The notes under the pieces are model-generated. The model was not told where the DNA came from. It made no database searches and worked only from the letters and a program-made list of their open reading frames with translations. Both the position numbers and the translations under genes were made by a program. A DNA stretch of 12,760 bases from Candidatus Methylomirabilota bacterium (lineage in GTDB: Bacteria; Methylomirabilota; Methylomirabilia; Rokubacteriales; CSP1-6): positions 1-12,760 of the forward strand of contig JBKPAK010000088.1 of the NCBI GenBank assembly GCA_046726415.1. The letters run 5' to 3'. This document shows positions 8,601 to 12,760 of the stretch, piece by piece; within the stretch, counting starts at the first letter, position 1, and every line of letters begins with the position of its first letter.

Positions 8601-8957
8601 GGCCTCCATCATCAGCTCGAGAACCGGGTCGAGGATCGTCCGCGCCTCTTCGGGGTCGCGGTCGGCGAGCAGCTCCATCGAGCTCTTCACGTCGGCGAAG
8701 AGCACGGTCACCTGTTTGCGCTCGCCCTCCAGCGCCGTCTTCGACGTGAGGATTCTCGCGGCGAGGTGCTTGGGGGTGTAGGACTCGGGCGAGTGGAAGC
8801 GGTCCGCGACCGCGGGTCGTCCGCACTCGGGGCAGAAGCGAGCGCTCGCCGAGAGCGTCGTGCCGCAGTTCGCGCAGCGCCGGCTGAGCGGCGCGCCGCA
8901 GTGCTCGCAGAACTTCGCCGTCGCGCTACTATCCTGCTGGCAGCCCGGACACTTCAT
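5623..8957 (-). CDS. Double zinc ribbon + class III adenylate/guanylate cyclase + AAA ATPase + TPR protein, with a frameshift near 5861-5866
   Basis: SD GGGAGG before ATG 8957 (MKCPGC); four CxxC pairs; cyclase motifs VTVLFADV, MGDGIMALFGAP, RVGLNSGEV, HLAARME; Walker A GEPGVGKS; Walker B LLVFEDLHW; GNPFFLEE; TPR-like helices. As sequenced, the frame stops at 5658, but the family-typical tail (RPLVAHCHRGLGELY...MYGELGMRWWLEQA) is in the frame ending at 5623. Confidence 0.92.
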
Positions 8958-8990
8958 GGGGCCTCCCGAGACCGCCGTTGACGTGTGCCG

Positions 8991-9019
8991 AAGGTATCGC
9001 CCCCCTCCGACGGGGTCAA
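8991..9019 (-). promoter_or_regulatory. Putative sigma70 promoter of the cyclase gene
   Basis: - strand TTGACC (9019-9014), 17-nt spacer, TACCTT (8996-8991), about 33 nt upstream of ATG 8957. Confidence 0.55.
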
Positions 9020-9079
9020 GAAAGCGGCCTGGCCACGGGCCGCGTTCGATCTCACCCATCACGCGAAGATGCAGTAGCG

Positions 9080-10138
9080 TCACGGCGCGATTCCAGGAGG
9101 CCGAGCCGCCGAGGCCGGGAGGATGGGCGCGGTGGTGAAGTCCGCCGGAAGCGGGCCCGTCAAGGTCTGCAGAAAGGCGACGATGTCCCCGACTTGATCC
9201 TCTGTGAGCGGCGTACCGAGCTGAACGCGCGCCATGACGCGCACCGCCGCGGGAAGGGTGGCGACAGAGCCGTCGTGGAAGTACGGCGGCGTCATCGCCA
9301 CGTTGCGCAGGCTCGGCACCTTGAAGACGTACATGTCTGCGGGGTCGCCCGTGACGTCGAAGCGACCCCGGTCGACCGCCGCGCTCCCGGTCGCGTTGCA
9401 GTAATCTTCGACCAGCCCGAACTTCTGGTATCTGTTGCCGCCCAGGCCGACCCCATTGTGACACGTCGCGCAGCCGACTTCGATGAATGCGCGAAGGCCC
9501 GCTTGAGCCCGCGCCGACAGCCTGCGCTCATCACCGGTCACGAACGCGTCGAACGGCGAAGGCGTCACCAGCGTGCGCATGTATGCTCCGATGGCCCGTC
9601 CCCAGTTCTCGGCCGAGATCGGCTCCGCCCCGCCGGGGAATGCCTGGGCGAAGAGGGTCGCATACTCGGGAATCGCTTTCAGCTTGGCCATCGCGCGCTC
9701 GTAACTCGCGTTACCGTAACTCGGCGGTGCGACGAGGGCCTTGGTCGCCTGGTCCTCGACAGAGGTCCGATCGCCCCGCCAGTGCTGCACGAACTGGATC
9801 GCTGCGTTCAGCACGGTGGGCGCGTTCCGCGGACTCAGCCGGTGCTCGGCGCCCACGGACGTCGGTAGGGTATCGGTCCCATAGAGGGCGGGGTGATGGC
9901 AGCGGGCGCAGCTCACCGTGCTGTCCCCCGATGCGCGCGGCTCGAAGTAGAGCATCCGCCCGAGCCGGACCCTTTCCGGCGCGAGGCGGTTGTCCGCACT
10001 CGCCATGTCCGTGGGCAGGGGCTTGAAGAGGAGCTGCGCTTGGGCACGCAGACTCGTATCCGCCGCTCTCGTGGGGACAATGCCAAGGAGTAGGAGGGCG
10101 ATTGCCGTCAGCCAGCGGACGCGCAGGTAGCGACGCAC
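9080..10138 (-). CDS. Di-heme cytochrome c peroxidase/MauG-family protein (non-canonical active site), 352 aa
   Basis: SD AAGGAG (10150-10145) 6 nt before GTG 10138; signal peptide (RRYLRVRWLTAIALLLLGIVPTRA); LGRMLYFEPR, two CxxCH motifs (CARCH, CATCH), RNAPTVLN, FKVPSLRNV...PPYFHDGS, AVRVMARVQLG. Confidence 0.92.
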   Translation of the reverse strand: MRRYLRVRWLTAIALLLLGIVPTRAADTSLRAQAQLLFKPLPTDMASADNRLAPERVRLGRMLYFEPRASGDSTVSCARCHHPALYGTDTLPTSVGAEHRLSPRNAPTVLNAAIQFVQHWRGDRTSVEDQATKALVAPPSYGNASYERAMAKLKAIPEYATLFAQAFPGGAEPISAENWGRAIGAYMRTLVTPSPFDAFVTGDERRLSARAQAGLRAFIEVGCATCHNGVGLGGNRYQKFGLVEDYCNATGSAAVDRGRFDVTGDPADMYVFKVPSLRNVAMTPPYFHDGSVATLPAAVRVMARVQLGTPLTEDQVGDIVAFLQTLTGPLPADFTTAPILPASAARPPGIAP

Positions 10139-10202
10139 ATGAAGCTCCTTTCGTTCACGAGGAACGGACGGCTCACCCTCGATGTAGCCTTTTCTCCGCC
10201 GG

Positions 10203-10233
10203 TGCCTACGGAGCTCCCGCCGACCACGGATGA
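10203..10233 (-). promoter_or_regulatory. Putative ECF-sigma promoter driving the peroxidase-family gene
   Basis: - strand TCATCC (10233-10228), 17 nt, CGTA (10210-10207); shares GCTCCGTAGGCA with the divergent copy. Confidence 0.7.
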
Positions 10234-10245
10234 CGGCCGTCTGGG

Positions 10246-10276
10246 TGATCCGCCCACGGCCGCGGCTCCGTAGGCA
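10246..10276 (+). promoter_or_regulatory. Putative ECF-sigma autoregulatory promoter
   Basis: + strand TGATCC (10246-10251), 17 nt, CGTA (10269-10272), within GCTCCGTAGGCA (10265-10276). Confidence 0.7.
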
Positions 10277-10331
10277 TGCGTATGGGACCGGAGAGCTGCG
10301 TGGACATCCGCGACGGCTCGCCCTGACACCG

Positions 10332-10964
10332 ATGGGCGACTGCCGCCCCCGGCGCGACGCGTCGGCGGGCGCCGGCCCGGACAATCCTGCTGATCCTCAG
10401 CTGCTCAGTCAGATGCGGCGCGGGGACGAGTCCGCGCTCGAGGCGCTCTACGCTCGCTACGGAGGTCTCGTCTACACCCTCGCCTTGCGCATTGTGGGAG
10501 ACCCCGAGCTTGCCCGCGAGGTGCTACAGGACACCTTCCTCCGCTCCTGGGATGGGCGGGAGACGTTCGATCCTGGACGCGGGCGGGTGCCCTGGTGGCT
10601 TATGGGTATCGCGCGCAACCGCGCCATTGACCTCTTGCGGAGCCGGTCGCATCAAGCTCGCCTGCGGGAACGCGAGCATCTGACGGGGCCAGTTCGCGCG
10701 GCCGAGGCCCACGACTCGGACACCACAGATGTCGTGGGCCTGCGTCGCGCCGTTGCGAACGCGCTCCAGGGGCTATCGACCGCCCAGCGCGAAGCCATCG
10801 AGCTCGCCTACTACGGCGGGCTCACGCAAGTTGAAATCGCCCGCGAGCTGCAGGAACCGCTGGGAACCATCAAGAGCCGGATCCGCGAGGGCCTGGAGCG
10901 GCTCCGTCAGGTGCTCGGACCGGGTTTCAAGCCAGGAGGGGAGGTGTGGCAACGCCGTGACTGA
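10332..10964 (+). CDS. ECF RNA polymerase sigma factor (SigK-like)
   Basis: Region 2 (GDESALEALYARY...AREVLQDTFLRSW...WLMGIARNRAIDLLR) and region 4 (LSTAQREAIELAYYGGLTQVEIARELQEPLGTIKSRIR). Start uncertain: ATG 10332 chosen because 10230 lies upstream of the predicted promoter and 10413 cuts the DPQLL helix. Confidence 0.9.
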   Translation: MGDCRPRRDASAGAGPDNPADPQLLSQMRRGDESALEALYARYGGLVYTLALRIVGDPELAREVLQDTFLRSWDGRETFDPGRGRVPWWLMGIARNRAIDLLRSRSHQARLREREHLTGPVRAAEAHDSDTTDVVGLRRAVANALQGLSTAQREAIELAYYGGLTQVEIARELQEPLGTIKSRIREGLERLRQVLGPGFKPGGEVWQRRD

Positions 10965-11703
10965 GGAGCGGGAGCATCCGGTCGAAGATCTGGCCGCATA
11001 CGTCCTCGAGTCCCTGGAGGGGGCGGAGCGGGCGCGCGTAGAAACGCACGTCGCGACGTGCACACCCTGCGCAAGCCGCCTGGAGGAGTATCGAGCCGTC
11101 GTCGGTGTGCTTCCGCTCGGCCTTGCGCCCGTGGCGCCACCGCCCGCGGTGTTGGCGGCGATCCGAGCCGCGGCGCGAGAGCGGCGGCCCCGCGCAGGAC
11201 GACAGGCTGGAACGATGTTCCTGCCGCCATGGCTCCGAATGGGCAAGTGGCCGGCGCTGGCGGCGTTCGTCGGGTCGCTGGTCGTCTGGAACGTGTTGCT
11301 CCAGCAGGATCTGGCTCGCCGGGCGCCGGGGCCGGCTCCTGGCCCGGAGGTCGAAGCGTTGGCGCGGCGTCCGGGCAGGGTCATCATCCTGGGGGGCACC
11401 GGCAAGCCTGGGGCGAGCGCGCGCCTGTTCGTCGCGGCCGACGGAGGGCATGGGCATCTGGCGATCGCCGGGCTCGCTCCGCTGCCGCGGGAGCGGACCT
11501 ACCAGCTGTGGTTCATCCGGGCCGGTGCGTCCTCCGTCAGTGGCGCCACCTTCGCGGTGGGTCAGCACGGACGTGCATGGGTGAAGGCCGCCGTCCCCGC
11601 CTCGCTTGACGATGTGCGCGCGATCGCGATCACCGAGGAACCAGTCCCAGGAAGTGCGGCGCCCACGGGCAGGCATCTCCTGGACGCGCAGCCTTGGCGG
11701 TGA
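10957..11703 (+). CDS. RskA-type anti-sigma factor with zinc-finger (zf-HC2/ZAS) N-terminus
   Basis: GTG 10957 overlaps the sigma 3' end, preceded by GGAGGGGAGGT; H...LAAYVL...HVATCTPC (HxxxCxxC); one TM segment (WPALAAFVGSLVVWNVLL); C-terminal GLAPLPRERTYQLWF...AIAITEEPVPGSAAPTG typical of RskA. Confidence 0.9.
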   Translation: MTEEREHPVEDLAAYVLESLEGAERARVETHVATCTPCASRLEEYRAVVGVLPLGLAPVAPPPAVLAAIRAAARERRPRAGRQAGTMFLPPWLRMGKWPALAAFVGSLVVWNVLLQQDLARRAPGPAPGPEVEALARRPGRVIILGGTGKPGASARLFVAADGGHGHLAIAGLAPLPRERTYQLWFIRAGASSVSGATFAVGQHGRAWVKAAVPASLDDVRAIAITEEPVPGSAAPTGRHLLDAQPWR

Positions 11704-11747
11704 AACCGCTCAGCGGCTGAGCTAGGCGCAGGCTGCTCAGCGGTCTG

Positions 11748-12680
11748 CTAGCGCATCCGACCGGCGGCGCCGCGGAGCCGTGGGTCCAGCACGTCGCGCA
11801 GCGCATCGCCCAGCATGTTGAACCCGAAGACGGCCAGCGAGATGGCGAGCCCCGGATAGATCGCCATCCACGGCGCTTGCGAGAAGAACGACCGCCCAGA
11901 TCCCGAGAGCATGCCGCCCCACGACGGGTAGGGCGGGGGCACGCCGAAGCCGAGGAAGGAGAGGGCCGACTCGGCGAGGATGAAGGCGCCGAGCCCGATG
12001 GTGGCCCAGACGATGATCGTCGCCGCCACGTTGGGCAGAATGTGGCGGGCCATGACTCGCGCGTGCCCGGCGCCGAGGGCCCGTGCCGCCTCGATGTAGA
12101 CGTTCTGCGCGACGCTGACGGTCGCACCGCGGACGACGCGAGAGGCGTTGGCGGCGCCGAAGAAACCCAGGGCGAAGATGATGTTCAGGAGCCCCGGTCC
12201 CAGCACAGCCATGATCGAGAGGATCACGACCAAGAAGGGGAAAGACTGCCAGGCATCCACCACCCGCTGCACGCAGAGATCGTACTTCCCGCCCAGGTAG
12301 CCGCTGGTGATCCCCACTCCTGCGGCCAGCACGTTGGCGATGAGTACGGCGCAGAAGCCGACGGTGACGGAGATCCGGGCACCGTACACTACCCGGCTCC
12401 AGATGTCCCGGCCGAGGTTGTCGCTGCCCATCCAGAACTGGGCGCTGGGTGGCTTCATGCGGGCGCCGCGGATCGTCTCGTCGTACGTGTAGTGCGCGAT
12501 CCACGGCGCGAAGACTGCCATGACGATCATGACCAGCACGATGACGCCCCCGAGGGCGCCGAGCGGCTTCTGGCGGCAGAAGCGCCAGATCGCGTGAAGC
12601 AGGGGCGCCCCGGCGGCCCCCGGGCGCGGCACGTCCGCCTGGGTCGAGGGCGTGGCCAGGGTCTCGACGTGATTCGCCAT
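11748..12680 (-). CDS. Dpp/Opp-family ABC transporter permease (DppC-like)
   Basis: FWMGSDNLGRDIWSRVVYGARIS; EAA motif YIEAARALGA...RHILPNV; ESALSFLGFG; FNMLGDALRDVLDPR. Confidence 0.95.
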   Translation of the reverse strand: MANHVETLATPSTQADVPRPGAAGAPLLHAIWRFCRQKPLGALGGVIVLVMIVMAVFAPWIAHYTYDETIRGARMKPPSAQFWMGSDNLGRDIWSRVVYGARISVTVGFCAVLIANVLAAGVGITSGYLGGKYDLCVQRVVDAWQSFPFLVVILSIMAVLGPGLLNIIFALGFFGAANASRVVRGATVSVAQNVYIEAARALGAGHARVMARHILPNVAATIIVWATIGLGAFILAESALSFLGFGVPPPYPSWGGMLSGSGRSFFSQAPWMAIYPGLAISLAVFGFNMLGDALRDVLDPRLRGAAGRMR

Positions 12681-12684
12681 GGCG

Positions 12685-12760
12685 TCAGTAGCGGATCCGC
12701 GGGTCGAGGTACGCGTAGCATGCGTCCACCGCGAGGTTCATCAGGACTACCACGGAGACG
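12685..12760 (-). CDS. 3' end of Dpp/Opp-family ABC permease (DppB-like), partial; not in ORF track
   Basis: - strand reads VSVVVLMNLAVDACYAYLDPRIRY*, the NLxVDxxYxxLDPRIR C-terminal signature; stop is 4 nt upstream of the DppC-like ATG. Confidence 0.92.
   Translation of the reverse strand, partial: VSVVVLMNLAVDACYAYLDPRIRY

Noticed and set aside
6636-8826. Long alternative-frame and antisense ORFs (e.g. 6636..8087 +, 7219..8826 -, also 3335..4447 - and 1759..2601 -)
   Set aside because: Shadow ORFs expected in high-GC coding DNA; no recognisable motifs, and they overlap well-supported genes.
3841-8957. Cyclase supplying cAMP to the nearby Crp/Fnr protein
   Set aside because: The regulator lacks the cAMP-binding Arg, the cyclase specificity residues are non-canonical, and the genes have separate promoters with an opposite-strand gene between them.
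8958-9464. N-terminal 169-aa extension of the cyclase ORF (5658..9464)
   Set aside because: Overlaps the peroxidase gene in another frame and is Arg/Gly low-complexity; an SD and sigma70-like promoter support ATG 8957.
10108-10140. Out-of-frame ATG overlapping the peroxidase GTG, giving MCVATCASAG*
   Set aside because: SD spacing (4 nt versus 6 nt) favours the GTG; nothing else supports a functional peptide.
10139-10384. N-terminal extensions of the peroxidase ORF (to 10384) and the sigma ORF (from 10230)
   Set aside because: They overlap each other and the twin promoters; the SD plus signal peptide support GTG 10138.
10729-10956. N-terminal extension of the anti-sigma ORF
   Set aside because: Lies inside the sigma gene; the zinc-finger domain begins right after GTG 10957.

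Overview
GC-rich bacterial window; the zinc-ribbon/cyclase/AAA/TPR gene and the Dpp-type ABC permeases suggest, by inference only, a Rokubacteria (Methylomirabilota)-like soil organism. Left to right: (i) a + strand cluster with the 3' end of a DUF1080-like gene missed by the ORF track, a secreted tandem-DUF1259 protein, an MFS transporter and a matrixin-type metalloprotease; (ii) a - strand Crp/Fnr regulator followed by a His/Met-rich exported protein, with a near-perfect TGTGA-N6-TCACA box on the regulator's own stop codon and a 35-bp tandem duplication over its start; (iii) a probable frameshifted gene remnant and a DUF1326 gene; (iv) a large class III cyclase-AAA-TPR gene with a 1-nt frameshift at a G6 run near its 3' end; (v) a di-heme CcP/MauG-family protein with a non-canonical active site, divergent from an ECF sigma/RskA-type anti-sigma pair, with two near-identical back-to-back ECF-type promoters between them; (vi) the distal end of a Dpp/Opp ABC operon. 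No RNA genes, CRISPR arrays or mobile elements were seen. The best candidates for undescribed systems are the ECF-controlled variant peroxidase module and the Crp/Fnr-His-rich protein pair.
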